Counted from the first letter of the stretch, positions 35,238-45,545 are shown. The stretch is DNA of 47,251 nucleotides from Bacteroidetes bacterium SW_4_67_19 (GCA_003023275.1 PXTX01000057.1:1-47251); one strand, 5' to 3'. Notes: generated by a model not told the origin, from the letters alone. Translations and numbers: made by a program.

Positions 35238-35888
35238 GTGGCTGAAGGCGCTCGACTGGCTGCACCGCGCGTGGCGCCGGCTGGACGGCGACTCGCCCGC
35301 CTGACCGACGCGCTGGCCGAGCGCAAGCAGGCGGCGGGCGATGAGGAAGCGGTCCGCTCGCTGCGGCGGCTGGGGGCGGACGAGGGCGGCCAGCAGGCGT
35401 CCGGGAGGCGCGTGCGGCGCGACGACATGGAGGTTGGCGACGCGCCCGTCCGGCTCACGCGCGTGTCTTCGCCGAAAGGCACGCCAGACGCTCGGGCGTC
35501 GCTCTTCAAGTCCGAGCAGGAACGGGCGTTCTTCGAGACGCTGCGCGCAGCGTTCCCGACGCATCTGGTGTATCCGAACGCCGCCCTGAGCGCCGCGCTC
35601 GACTTCGAGCAGATCGAACACCGGCTTTCGAATGCCGAGCGGGACTACTTCTTCCGCGCGCTCGTCGACGCGGTCGTCGTGGACCCGCTCGGCGACTTGC
35701 GCCCGGTCTACTTCTTCGAGTTGGACAGCGCCCATCACGACCCCGCCGAGGCGCGACGGAAAGACCGACGAAAAGACGCCATTCTGGCGAAAGCCGGGCA
35801 GACGCTTTTTCGCCTGCGCCGCACCGACGCCGGGGCCGGTCGCGAAGCGTTCGAGAAAGCGATCCGCGCGGCTGTTCGTGGAGCATAG
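35238..35888 (+). CDS. DUF2726-like (PD-(D/E)xK nuclease-like) domain protein; start uncertain, possibly frameshifted
   Basis: The C-terminal part SEQERAFFETLRAAFP..VYPNAALSAALD...ALVDAVVVDPLGDLRPVYFFELDSAHHD..RRKDRRKDAILAKAGQTLFRLRR fits DUF2726. ORF 35173..35304 in another frame looks like its N-terminus. An internal ATG at 35427 is an alternative start. Confidence 0.65.
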   Translation: MAEGARLAAPRVAPAGRRLARLTDALAERKQAAGDEEAVRSLRRLGADEGGQQASGRRVRRDDMEVGDAPVRLTRVSSPKGTPDARASLFKSEQERAFFETLRAAFPTHLVYPNAALSAALDFEQIEHRLSNAERDYFFRALVDAVVVDPLGDLRPVYFFELDSAHHDPAEARRKDRRKDAILAKAGQTLFRLRRTDAGAGREAFEKAIRAAVRGA

Positions 35889-36068
35889 TTCGTGAGTCGT
35901 GGTTCGTGGGTCGTTCTCGTCTGGAAACGGCTGCGTGCGAAGCAGGCGATGATGTGTTGGATGAAAGACCGCCGTCCGTCGTCCACGGTCCAGACGGACG
36001 GGAATCCTCACGAAGCAGACGTTCGTAGAGGAGAGCAACTACGCCTCGAAAGCCGTGCCGCCGAAGCC

Positions 36069-36644
36069 ATGACTGCCGTCACCTCCGTCGCTCTCGGCAT
36101 TGGGCTGGCCGCCGCGTGCGGGTTTCGCGTCTTCGCGCCGCTGCTGGGGCTGAGCCTCGCCCACCGCGCCGGGCTCGCCCTGCCGCTGGCCGACGGCTTC
36201 GGCTGGGTGCAGACCGACACGGCGTTGATTCTGCTGGTCGTGGCGACCGTGCTGGAGGTACTGGCCTATTTCGTTCCCTTCATCGACAACGCGCTCGACA
36301 CGGTCGCGACCCCGGCGGCGATGGCAGCGGGCGTGGGCGCGAGCGCCTCGGTGCTGGCCGACTTCTCGCCGGTGATGCAGTGGGGCCTCGCGGCAGTGGC
36401 CGGCGGCGGCGCAGCGGGCCTCGTGCAGGGCGGTACCGTCGCGGCGCGCGGGGCCTCCTCGGCGAGCACCGGCGGGCTGGGCAACTTCCTCGTGGCCGGC
36501 GGCGAGGCGCTGCTGTCGGTGTTGACCACCGTGCTGGCCCTCTTCGCGCCGGTCATTGCGCTGGTCGTCGTGGCCGGGCTGTGCTTTCTCGGCGTGCGCG
36601 CGATTCGGCGTCGAAGTGGCAGCGGCGAGTCGGTGAGTGCGTAG
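36069..36644 (+). CDS. DUF4126-like integral membrane protein
   Basis: From ATG 36069: four or five hydrophobic, Gly/Ala-rich segments. VLEVLAYFVPFIDNALDTVATPAAMAAG resembles the DUF4126 core. Confidence 0.65.
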   Translation: MTAVTSVALGIGLAAACGFRVFAPLLGLSLAHRAGLALPLADGFGWVQTDTALILLVVATVLEVLAYFVPFIDNALDTVATPAAMAAGVGASASVLADFSPVMQWGLAAVAGGGAAGLVQGGTVAARGASSASTGGLGNFLVAGGEALLSVLTTVLALFAPVIALVVVAGLCFLGVRAIRRRSGSGESVSA

Positions 36645-36697
36645 GTGCGCGAGTGCGTAAGTGGAGGGAGGCGCTGCGAAAAGAAAACCTACCGCGC

Positions 36698-37495
36698 TCA
36701 TCGCAGCAGCCCGAGGTGTTCCTGCAGGTCCTCGCGGCGGCTGCGACTGACCTTCAGGCGCGTGCCGTCGTCCAGTTCCACGGCGTAGCGCCCGCCGCTG
36801 CGCGTGAGCAGGGAATCCACGCGCTCCAGGCGCACGATGGTCGAGCGGTGGATGCGGAAAAAGACCTCCGGGTCGAGGCGTTCTTCGAGCGTCTTCATGC
36901 GCTCACGGATCGGATAGCGCTCCCCGCCGCCCAGATGCAACTCGGCGTAGGAGCCGTCAGCGGTGATGTAGTCGATGTCGGTGACGGAGACGATGCGCGT
37001 GCGCCCCGGCGTCTCGACGGCGATGCGCTCGAGGTAGGACGACGGCGCCGTCTGGGGGGCGTCTGGGGTGGGCGTTTCGCCGGATTCGTTTTCCAGCAAG
37101 GTAAGCAGGCGGTCGGCGGTCTGGCTCTTTTCGTGGAGGCGGACTTGCTCCCGGGCGCGGGCGAAGGCTTCCTCGAAGCGCTCGTCGTCGAAGGGCTTGA
37201 CGAGGTAGTCGAGGGCGGCCAGGCGGAAGGCTTCCAGCGCGTACTGGTCGTAGGCGGTCACGAAGACGGTAGGCGGCATCGCCTGCGGCCCGATCTCGCG
37301 GATCACGTCCACGCCGTCGAGGCCGGGCATCTGCACGTCGAGAAAGACGAGGTCGGGCGCTTCCTCTTCGATCAGGCGGGCGGCCTCGCGTCCGTTTTCG
37401 GCTTCGCCGGCGAGGTCCACGTCGTCGCGCCCGCTCAGCAACTGCCGCAGGCGCCGGCGCGCCAGCGGTTCGTCGTCGACGATGAGCACGCGCAT
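36698..37495 (-). CDS. LytTR-family response regulator
   Basis: 265 aa. REC domain (MRVLIVDDEP..FLDVQMPGLDG..LDYLVKP) plus a C-terminal LytTR DNA-binding domain (ITADGSYAELHL..FFRIHRSTIV). Confidence 0.93.
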   Translation of the reverse strand: MRVLIVDDEPLARRRLRQLLSGRDDVDLAGEAENGREAARLIEEEAPDLVFLDVQMPGLDGVDVIREIGPQAMPPTVFVTAYDQYALEAFRLAALDYLVKPFDDERFEEAFARAREQVRLHEKSQTADRLLTLLENESGETPTPDAPQTAPSSYLERIAVETPGRTRIVSVTDIDYITADGSYAELHLGGGERYPIRERMKTLEERLDPEVFFRIHRSTIVRLERVDSLLTRSGGRYAVELDDGTRLKVSRSRREDLQEHLGLLR

Positions 37496-37652
37496 GGCTT
37501 CGCGGTTGCGGGTTGCAGGTTGAAAGTTGAAGGGGTTTCGGGTCGCAGGGGGTTTGCCTGGCAGAAACGTTTGCCAACAACCCGTGAGGACGCGACGCGC
37601 GCGACGAGCAATGTGCGCCGTTGAACAACGACCCGCGAACCACGCGACCCGG

Positions 37653-38882
<1,230 letters not shown>

Positions 38883-39057
38883 AAAAGCAAGTGTCTTCTC
38901 GCTAAATAAACATATATCTGGTTCGGTAGAAAAACCTTCCCGGTGTCGTGTAGCCCGGACGGTTTGTGCTTTGCAAAACGCCCAGGACGTGCCGAAAAGC
39001 CCACCAGGCGGGTGTGACACGCGCAACGCGACGGGCCGTTCGCCGAAACCCACGCGC

Positions 39058-39088
39058 CTGCGTGCAACCCGTGGCGTCTGCGTGCAAC
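39058..39088. promoter_or_regulatory. 11-bp direct repeat x2 with 20-bp phasing (candidate LytTR binding site)
   Basis: ctgcgtgcaac occurs at 39058-39068 and again at 39078-39088. It lies in the divergent spacer between the kinase operon (start 38882) and the MFP-RND operon (start 39197). Confidence 0.45.
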
Positions 39089-39196
39089 TCGTCGCAAGGG
39101 CCGAACCTCTCCGGCGCGCAGCCTTACCCAGAGATGCCGGTCAGAGATTCCGCGACGCATTTCTGGCTTCCTTTCACGCAGTTCGTCTTTGTGCCG

Positions 39197-40735
39197 ATGG
39201 CTCTCCAACGCGTTCCCCCAGACGGAGACCCGTCAGACGGAGCCCCGTTCCTGCAGCCCTTTTCGTTCGTCATCGTGGCGCTCGGTGCTGCTTTGCTGCT
39301 GGGGGCGTGCGGGTCGGGCGAAGGGGGAGGAGAGGAGGGAGACGCGCCCGTGCCGGCGGTGGAGGTCGTGCAGGCGCGCTACGGGGCGCTGCCATTGCGC
39401 GAGCAGCTCAGCGGCACCGTCGAGGCGCAGGGGCAGGTGCAGGTCTACCCCGAGCGTGCGGGGCGCCTCGTGTCGGTGTCGGCGGAGAACGGGGATTTCG
39501 TGCGGGAGGGCGAGGCGCTGGCGCGCATCAGCGGGCAGTCCTCGCGGGCGCAGCTGTCGCAGGCGCAGGCGAGCCTGGAGTCGGCCCAGGCGCGGGCCCA
39601 GGAGGCAAAGGCCACCCTCGAGGAGATTCGGGCGCAGTTTAAGCGCACCCAGAAGCTGGCCGAGCAGGACATGGTCAGCGAGCAGAAGCTCGAGTCGCAG
39701 CGCGCGCAGATGCAGAGCGCCGAGGCGAGTTACCAGCAGGCGAAGGCGCAGGTGCAGCAGGCGCGCGGCACGGTTGACGAGCGCGCCGAGGCGGTCGGGC
39801 AGACGGTCGTGCGCGCGCCCATCAGTGGGCGCGTGGGGCAGCGCAACGCGGAGGTCGGGATGCAGGCCGATGGGCAGACGCCGCTTTTCACCATCGGCGA
39901 CTTGAGCAAGGTGCAGGTGGAGGTGCCGGTGACGCAGGAGATGCTGGGTCGCATCGCGGAGGGGCAGCCCGCGCGCATCACCGCCAGCGGGCTGCGCGAC
40001 AGCACGATCGGCGCCGAGGTGTCGCGCATCTCGCCGTTCATCGAGTCGGGCACCTACAGCGCGGAGGCAGAGATCGACGTAAACAACGAAAACGGCCCGT
40101 TGCGTCCCGGCATGTTCGTGAACGTGGACGTGTCCTACGGAGAAACGCGCAAGGCCACGCTCGTCCCCGTGAGCGCGCTTCACGAACACCCCGAGACGGG
40201 CCGGCGCGGCGTCTACGTGGCGCCGTCGCTGGGATCGGAGCTTCAGCCGCGCCCGGTGGAGTCGTCCGCGGAAGGCAGCGGCTCCGCGAGCGGTTCGGCG
40301 GCGGGCGGCGGCGCGTCGTCGGACGGCGCGTCGGGCGGGTCTTCCGGCGGGGGAGGCGCGTCGTTGGTCGGGCCGGTGCCGGTGCAGTTTCGCCCCGTCG
40401 AGGTCGTGGCCGAGGGGGGGCAGATCGCCGGCGTGCGCGGCATTGAGCCGGACACGTGGGTCGTGGTCGTGGGCCAGCACCTGCTCGAAAGCGGCGGTGG
40501 CGGACGGGGCCGTCGTGGCGGCAGCGAAGGCGGGCAGCAGCAAGGGCCGCCGGAAGCACGCGCGCGGCCCATTCTGTGGTCGCGTGTGGTAGACTTGCAG
40601 CAACTCCAGCAGCAAGACCTCCTGCGCCAGTTCATGGACAAGCAGCAGCGCCGGGCGCGCTCCGCCGCCGGCGGGGCGGTGGATACGAGCGGCGGCGCAT
40701 CGTGGCGCGCGGATACGACCGGGGCGTCGTCGTGA
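39197..40735 (+). CDS. efflux RND transporter periplasmic adaptor (MFP/HlyD family)
   Basis: Lipoprotein-like N-terminus (ALLLGACGSG). Coiled-coil hairpin (QAQASLESAQARAQEAKATLEE..QQAKAQVQQARG). Barrel motifs (VVRAPISGRVGQRN, PLFTIGDLSKVQVEV, LRPGMFVNVDV). Has a Gly/Ser low-complexity insert and an unusual C-terminal extension. Confidence 0.88.
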   Translation: MALQRVPPDGDPSDGAPFLQPFSFVIVALGAALLLGACGSGEGGGEEGDAPVPAVEVVQARYGALPLREQLSGTVEAQGQVQVYPERAGRLVSVSAENGDFVREGEALARISGQSSRAQLSQAQASLESAQARAQEAKATLEEIRAQFKRTQKLAEQDMVSEQKLESQRAQMQSAEASYQQAKAQVQQARGTVDERAEAVGQTVVRAPISGRVGQRNAEVGMQADGQTPLFTIGDLSKVQVEVPVTQEMLGRIAEGQPARITASGLRDSTIGAEVSRISPFIESGTYSAEAEIDVNNENGPLRPGMFVNVDVSYGETRKATLVPVSALHEHPETGRRGVYVAPSLGSELQPRPVESSAEGSGSASGSAAGGGASSDGASGGSSGGGGASLVGPVPVQFRPVEVVAEGGQIAGVRGIEPDTWVVVVGQHLLESGGGGRGRRGGSEGGQQQGPPEARARPILWSRVVDLQQLQQQDLLRQFMDKQQRRARSAAGGAVDTSGGASWRADTTGASS

Positions 40736-40902
40736 GGACGGGGGACGACGGACGGCAGACGGCGGGGCTTCGATTTGCGATTGCGTTGCCCTCGGGCAGG
40801 CAGCATTGCTTCTCGGCGAGGAGGGGCACAACACCGAGTGGCCCGCACCATCGTTGTGCCCCGAAAAACCTTCAATTTTCAACCTTTAACCTTCAACCCG
40901 CC

Positions 40903-43900
40903 ATGCTCTCCGACACGTCGATCCGGCGGCCGGTGGCGACGGCGATGTTTTACCTGGTCATCGTGACCGTCGGCATCGTGGGCTTTCGCTACCTGCCGGT
41001 GGACCTGCTTCCGCAGATCGACTTCCCGCGCCTGACGGTCTACGTCACCTACCCGAACGTGGGACCGGAGGAGATGGAGTCGATCATCACCGACCCGCTG
41101 GAGAACTCGCTCTCGGGCATCCCGAACGTGGAGCGCATGACCTCGCGCTCCGAAGAGGGGCGCAGCTACGTCAGCCTCGAATTCGGGCGCGGGGTGGACC
41201 TCGGGGAGGCGGCCAACGACGTGCGCGCCCAGCTCGACCGCATCCGTGACGACCTGCCGCGCGAGGCGGAGGCGCCGGGCATCTGGAAGTTCGACCCCAA
41301 CAGCCAAGAGATCGTCACCATCTCGGCGACCTCCACGCGCGACCTGCAGGAGCTGACGCAGGTGCTCGAAAACGAAATCTCGCAGCGCTTCGAGCAGATC
41401 TCCGGCGTCGGGCAGCTCGACATCAGCGGGGGCGTGTACCGCGAGGTGCAGGTGCGCCTGATGCGCGACCGCCTCAAGGCACTTGACCTGACGGCGGCGG
41501 AGGCCGAGCAGGCCATTGGCCGGAGCAACGTGCGCTTGCCCGGCGGCAACGTCAAGGAGGGCCTCAAGGAACGCTACGTCCGCACGCAGGGCGAATTTCG
41601 GTCCATCGACCAGATCCGCAGCACCGTCGTCACCACGCGCGAGGGAGCGCCCATTCGCGTCGAGGACGTGGCGCGCGTCGTCGACGGCTACCAGGACGTC
41701 GAGGACCTCGCCGAGCTGAACGGGAAGCCCGTCGTGCGGCTCGACATTCAGAAACAGAGCGGCGCCAACACCGTCACCGTCGCGCAGCAGATCCGGCAGG
41801 AAGTCGAGCGCATCAACAAAGCGCGGCAGGACCTGGAACTGACGGTCATCAGTGACCAGAGCCGCTTCATCAAGGACTCGATCACCAGCGTCCAGAACGC
41901 GGCGGTCTGGGGCGGCCTCCTGGCGATCCTGGTGCTGTACCTGTTTCTGCGAAATGTCTCGACGACGGGCATCATCGCCCTCTCGATCCCTATTTCGATC
42001 ATCGCCACGTTCGGCCTGCTCTACTTCGCGGGGCTGACCTTGAACCAGATGACCTTCGGCGGCCTGGCGCTGGGCATTGGCCTGATCGTCGACAACGCCA
42101 TCGTGGTGCTGGAGAACATCGTCCGATTACGCGAGGAGGAGGGGAACTCCCTGAAAGAAAGCGCCAGCGTCGGCACCAGCGAGGTGGCCGGCGCCATCGT
42201 GGCCTCGACGTTGACCACGTCGGTCATCTTTCTGCCGGTCGTCTTCATGCGGACCACCAGCGGGCAGATGTTTCAGGTGCTGGCGATGGTGGTCGTCTTC
42301 GCCCTGGCGTGCTCGCTGCTCGTCGCGCTGACGCTCGTCCCGATGCTCGCCTCGCGCTTCCTCACCGCGCAGCCGGATGCCTCGGAGGAGGCGCGCGAGA
42401 AGTCGTGGTTTCAGCGCGTCTTTCGGAACATGGAGAACCGCTACGCCGGGCGTCTCGAAGGGGCGCTCGACCGTCGTCGGTGGGTCTTCGGCGCGGCGGT
42501 CCTTGCAGTGGGGGGCGCGGTGGCGCTCTGGCCGCTCGTGCCCGTCGAGCTGGCGCCTCAGACGGACACCAACCAGATCGACGTGGAGATGGAGATGGCG
42601 CGCGGCACCAGCGTGGCGGTCGCCAAACAGTACCTCGGCGAGCTGGCGCGCACGGTGCGCCCGATCCTGGAGGGCGAAGGGAGCGTCGAGACGTTCGGCA
42701 CCGAGGTGCGCGGCGACGGCGACGCGGAGGTCGAGATCCGCATGGCCGAGGACGCGGACATCCCGACGGCTGTGCTGGCCGATTCGCTCCGGCAGGCCGT
42801 GGCAGGCAAGATTCCCGGCACGCGGGTGCGCGTGGAGGCACAGTCGGGCCTGTGGATCCTGCGGCGCATCTTCTCGGACGGGGGCGGATCGGAGGCGGTG
42901 CAGGTGCAGATCCGAGGCTACGATCTGGAGCAGGCGCGCCAGTTGGCCGGGCGCGTGAAGGCGCGCATGGAGCGGGCCGAGGGCGTGGTGGGCGTGCGCA
43001 TGGGGCGGCGCGAGGGACGGCCGGAGGAAAACATTCGCTTCAACCGCGACAAGATCGCGCGCCTCGGGCTGACGGTCGAGGAAGTGGCCCGCGCGGTGCA
43101 GACGAGCGTGGGCGGCAGCCGGGCCGGCTACCTGCGCGAGGGCGGGCAGCAGTTTCCCATCACCGTACGCCTGCGCCCGAAAGACCGCCTCAACGCGCAG
43201 GACCTGGGCAACATCGCCGTCAAGACGCCCGAGGGGGAAACCGTGCCCGTCTCCACGCTCGTCGATCGCAAGGAAGGGCGCGGCCCGACGCAGATTCGCC
43301 ACGTCAACGGGCAGCGCGTGACCTACATCTCGGCGCAGCTCCAGAGCGGCGTGGCGCTCGGCGACGCGGTAGATCGCATCCGCGGGCGGATTTCGCAGAT
43401 GAACATCCCGGAGGGCTTTTCCATCGTCTACGGCGGGGCCTACCGCGAGCAGCAGCAGGCGCAGACCGACTTCCTGATCGCCATCTTGATGGCGCTGGCG
43501 CTGGTCTACATGGTCATGGCCGGCCAGTTCGAGCGCTTCCTCGACCCGCTGGTGGTCATGTTCACCGTTCCCGTCGCGCTGGTGGGCGTGATCCCGACGC
43601 TGCTTTTGACGGGCACGACGCTGAACATGCAGAGCATCATGGGCCTGGTGATGCTGATCGGGATCGTCGTCAACAACGCCATCGTGCTGATCGACTACGT
43701 TAACCTGGAGCGCCGCGAGCGCGGGCGGGACGTGAAGGCCGCGGTGCTCGAAGCCGCGCGCCTGCGTCTGCGGCCCATCTTGATGACGACGCTGACGACG
43801 GTGCTGGGGCTGGCGCCGCTGGCGCTGGGCCTGGGGGCGGGGGCGAACCTGCAGGCCCCGCTGGCGCGCGTGGTGATCGGCGGCCTGCTGGCCTCGACGC

Positions 43901-44049
43901 TCATTACGCTGGTCCTGATTCCGGCCCTCTACATCAGCGCCAGCCGCTTCGGCGCGTGGGCTGACGCGAAGACGAGCGCGCTCTGGCGGCGCATGGCGCG
44001 GCGCGGGCGCTCCTCGGGCGGGGAGAGCGGCGAGCGGGCGCGGGCGTAG
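40903..44049 (+). CDS. efflux RND transporter permease (AcrB/AcrD/AcrF family)
   Basis: 1048 aa from ATG 40903. Begins MLSDTSIRRPVATAMFYLVIVTVGIVGFRYLPVDLLPQIDFP, with the 12-TM RND architecture including GLALGIGLIVDNAIVVLENI and MLIGIVVNNAIVLIDY. Confidence 0.95.
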   Translation: MLSDTSIRRPVATAMFYLVIVTVGIVGFRYLPVDLLPQIDFPRLTVYVTYPNVGPEEMESIITDPLENSLSGIPNVERMTSRSEEGRSYVSLEFGRGVDLGEAANDVRAQLDRIRDDLPREAEAPGIWKFDPNSQEIVTISATSTRDLQELTQVLENEISQRFEQISGVGQLDISGGVYREVQVRLMRDRLKALDLTAAEAEQAIGRSNVRLPGGNVKEGLKERYVRTQGEFRSIDQIRSTVVTTREGAPIRVEDVARVVDGYQDVEDLAELNGKPVVRLDIQKQSGANTVTVAQQIRQEVERINKARQDLELTVISDQSRFIKDSITSVQNAAVWGGLLAILVLYLFLRNVSTTGIIALSIPISIIATFGLLYFAGLTLNQMTFGGLALGIGLIVDNAIVVLENIVRLREEEGNSLKESASVGTSEVAGAIVASTLTTSVIFLPVVFMRTTSGQMFQVLAMVVVFALACSLLVALTLVPMLASRFLTAQPDASEEAREKSWFQRVFRNMENRYAGRLEGALDRRRWVFGAAVLAVGGAVALWPLVPVELAPQTDTNQIDVEMEMARGTSVAVAKQYLGELARTVRPILEGEGSVETFGTEVRGDGDAEVEIRMAEDADIPTAVLADSLRQAVAGKIPGTRVRVEAQSGLWILRRIFSDGGGSEAVQVQIRGYDLEQARQLAGRVKARMERAEGVVGVRMGRREGRPEENIRFNRDKIARLGLTVEEVARAVQTSVGGSRAGYLREGGQQFPITVRLRPKDRLNAQDLGNIAVKTPEGETVPVSTLVDRKEGRGPTQIRHVNGQRVTYISAQLQSGVALGDAVDRIRGRISQMNIPEGFSIVYGGAYREQQQAQTDFLIAILMALALVYMVMAGQFERFLDPLVVMFTVPVALVGVIPTLLLTGTTLNMQSIMGLVMLIGIVVNNAIVLIDYVNLERRERGRDVKAAVLEAARLRLRPILMTTLTTVLGLAPLALGLGAGANLQAPLARVVIGGLLASTLITLVLIPALYISASRFGAWADAKTSALWRRMARRGRSSGGESGERARA

Positions 44050-44052
44050 TGT

Positions 44053-44154
44053 TCAAGAGGGGGGAAGGATGGAAGGAGAGAGGGAACGTGTGTCTTCGAA
44101 AACCTCTCCTTCCATATCGGTTTCGGCCTGCGGCATCCATTCTACTTCTGCCAC
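44053..44154 (-). pseudogene. possible truncated ParE/RelE-like toxin stub
   Basis: 33-codon ORF from GTG 44154 overlapping the upstream antitoxin-like gene by 13 nt. The N-terminus MAEVEWMPQAETDMEGEV loosely resembles the v.W.p.A..DL..I start of ParE-type toxins. The remainder runs into the hairpin after the RND gene. Weak evidence. Confidence 0.3.
44069..44115. terminator. stem-loop downstream of the RND permease gene
   Basis: atggaaggagagagg (44069-44083) pairs with cctctccttccat (44103-44115) with a 2-nt bulge and a loop of about 19 nt. There is no clear U-tract. Confidence 0.5.
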
Positions 44155-44336
44155 GACACACCAAAGCGTTTCTCAATTTCTTTTTGCGGAATGCCCTCAC
44201 CGGACTCGCGCTGCTGGAGTCCACGCTCGATTTTGCGGAGAAGGATCAGCTTCTCAATCGCGTCATCGAGCGTAGCCTCATCAGGCAACGTCTCGACGGC
44301 CTTAGCAGCTTTCCGTTTTGCACTGACCTCTGCCAT
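44142..44336 (-). CDS. small antitoxin-like hypothetical protein
   Basis: 64 aa: MAEVSAKRKAAKAVETLPDEATLDDAIEKLILLRKIERGLQQRESGEGIPQKEIEKRFGVSWQK. Size, helical charge pattern and overlap with a toxin-like stub suggest an orphaned type II antitoxin. Local GC is lower than the surroundings. Confidence 0.5.
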   Translation of the reverse strand: MAEVSAKRKAAKAVETLPDEATLDDAIEKLILLRKIERGLQQRESGEGIPQKEIEKRFGVSWQK

Positions 44337-44562
44337 GCAGATGACCTCTCGGACTATTGGCTATTCTCGGACCGTTTTTTATCGGCAAGGTGGCGGCTTG
44401 ATTCTCTCGCCGGCTGAGAAAGAACGCCGCGCCGACCATGAAAGAGCAGCCCGCGCGGGAGCCGTTTCCAGAGGGAAGCGTTCGTTTGGGGCGTGGGCGG
44501 GTTCGGGGTTTTGCATGTGGAACCGGAGCCGGGACGTGTGCGTGAAGTGAGGCCGCCAGCGC

Positions 44563-44636
44563 AGGCCCGTAGCTCAGTTGGTTAGAGCAGCGGACTCTTA
44601 ATCCGCGAGTCGGGGGTTCGAGTCCCCCCGGGCCTA
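44563..44636 (+). tRNA. trnK: tRNA-Lys (anticodon CTT)
   Basis: Acceptor AGGCCCG/CGGGCCT, D-arm GCTC-AGTTGGTTA-GAGC, anticodon stem GCGGA/TCCGC with loop CTCTTAA, T-arm GGGGG-TTCGAGT-CCCCC, discriminator A. Confidence 0.93.
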
Positions 44637-44654
44637 CTTGTTCGAGTCACACGG

Positions 44655-44680
44655 AGCCGCCGGACCGGGCGGCTTTTTTC
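44655..44680 (+). terminator. intrinsic terminator after tRNA-Lys
   Basis: agccgcc (44655-44661), loop ggaccg, ggcggct (44668-44674), followed by a run of six T. Confidence 0.85.
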
Positions 44681-44711
44681 GTAGCCCTCCTTTTTCGCTT
44701 CTGGTGTTGCC

Positions 44712-45338
44712 ATGACGGACTTTTTCGACGACGGCCGCCCGCACGAGGGCCTGTCCTACGACGACTACCTCGCCAACTGGCGCGCCCGAAAGGACGCCGA
44801 GCCGAGCGGCACGCCCGACAAGGAAGAGCGCAAGCTGCGCCACTACCTCCAGTACAACTACGAGCGCTCCGAGCGGGTGCACGCCCGCTATGAACCCTCC
44901 GCCGGGCTCCGCGACGCGCTCGACTCCATCGACGAGCCGCAGCTCTGGATGGTGCTCACGGAGCCGTGGTGCGGCGACTCGGCGTTCTGCCTGCCCGTCC
45001 TCGCCGAGGCGGCCCGCCTTTCGGAGCAGGTCGCGTTGCGCATCCTGCCGCGCGATGAACATCTCGACATCATGGACCAGTACCTCACCGGCGGGAGCCG
45101 CTCGATCCCGAAGCTGGTGGCCTTCGCCGAAGACGACGGCCGCGAGGTGTTTCAGTGGGGGCCGCGTCCCGATGGCGCGCAGGAGCGCTTCGACGACGAG
45201 GCCCGTAAGACCGACAACAAAGAAGACATCGTCAAGGGCCTGCTGGAGCACTATGAAGAGGGCGGCTGGCAGGCGGTCGACGGCGAACTCGCTGAGGCGA
45301 TAGCGTCTGGTGAGAAGGCGAGAGGGGGAGAAGGTTAG
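44712..45338 (+). CDS. thioredoxin-like family protein (Thioredoxin_9-like)
   Basis: 208 aa. LWMVLTEPWCGDSAFCLPVLAEAA..RDEHLDIMDQYLTGGSRSIPKLV gives a WCGDS redox-type motif in a thioredoxin-fold context. Confidence 0.75.
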   Translation: MTDFFDDGRPHEGLSYDDYLANWRARKDAEPSGTPDKEERKLRHYLQYNYERSERVHARYEPSAGLRDALDSIDEPQLWMVLTEPWCGDSAFCLPVLAEAARLSEQVALRILPRDEHLDIMDQYLTGGSRSIPKLVAFAEDDGREVFQWGPRPDGAQERFDDEARKTDNKEDIVKGLLEHYEEGGWQAVDGELAEAIASGEKARGGEG

Positions 45339-45545
45339 AAGAAGGGGGGAAGGTCGCAATGCAACAGACGTCCCGTCTCACTCCCGCTCTTTCCTTCCTA
45401 AAAAATGGGAAAGACCGGTTTCTATCTCGGCCGCGCGTATTGCGTTTCTCGCGCGCGAGGCGCTACGTTGTACAAACGAGTTGCCGGGCGCCCGGCGCAC
45501 CGCGCGCCGACGCCGTTCTGTGACGTACCCGCGCCTTTCCCGACG

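Noticed and set aside
38966-40902. Upstream extensions of the MFP ORF (38966..39196) and the RND ORF (40456..40902).
   Set aside because: The extensions translate spacer DNA or the 3' end of the preceding gene in another frame. The family-typical N-termini begin at ATG 39197 (lipoprotein-like signal) and ATG 40903 (MLSDTSIRRPV..).
44563-44636. tRNA-Lys as the attachment site of an integrated mobile element.
   Set aside because: No integrase, no duplicated tRNA 3' segment and no clear element boundary occur within the window. Only circumstantial evidence (the neighbouring TA remnant) exists, so it is mentioned in a finding but not called as a mobile element.
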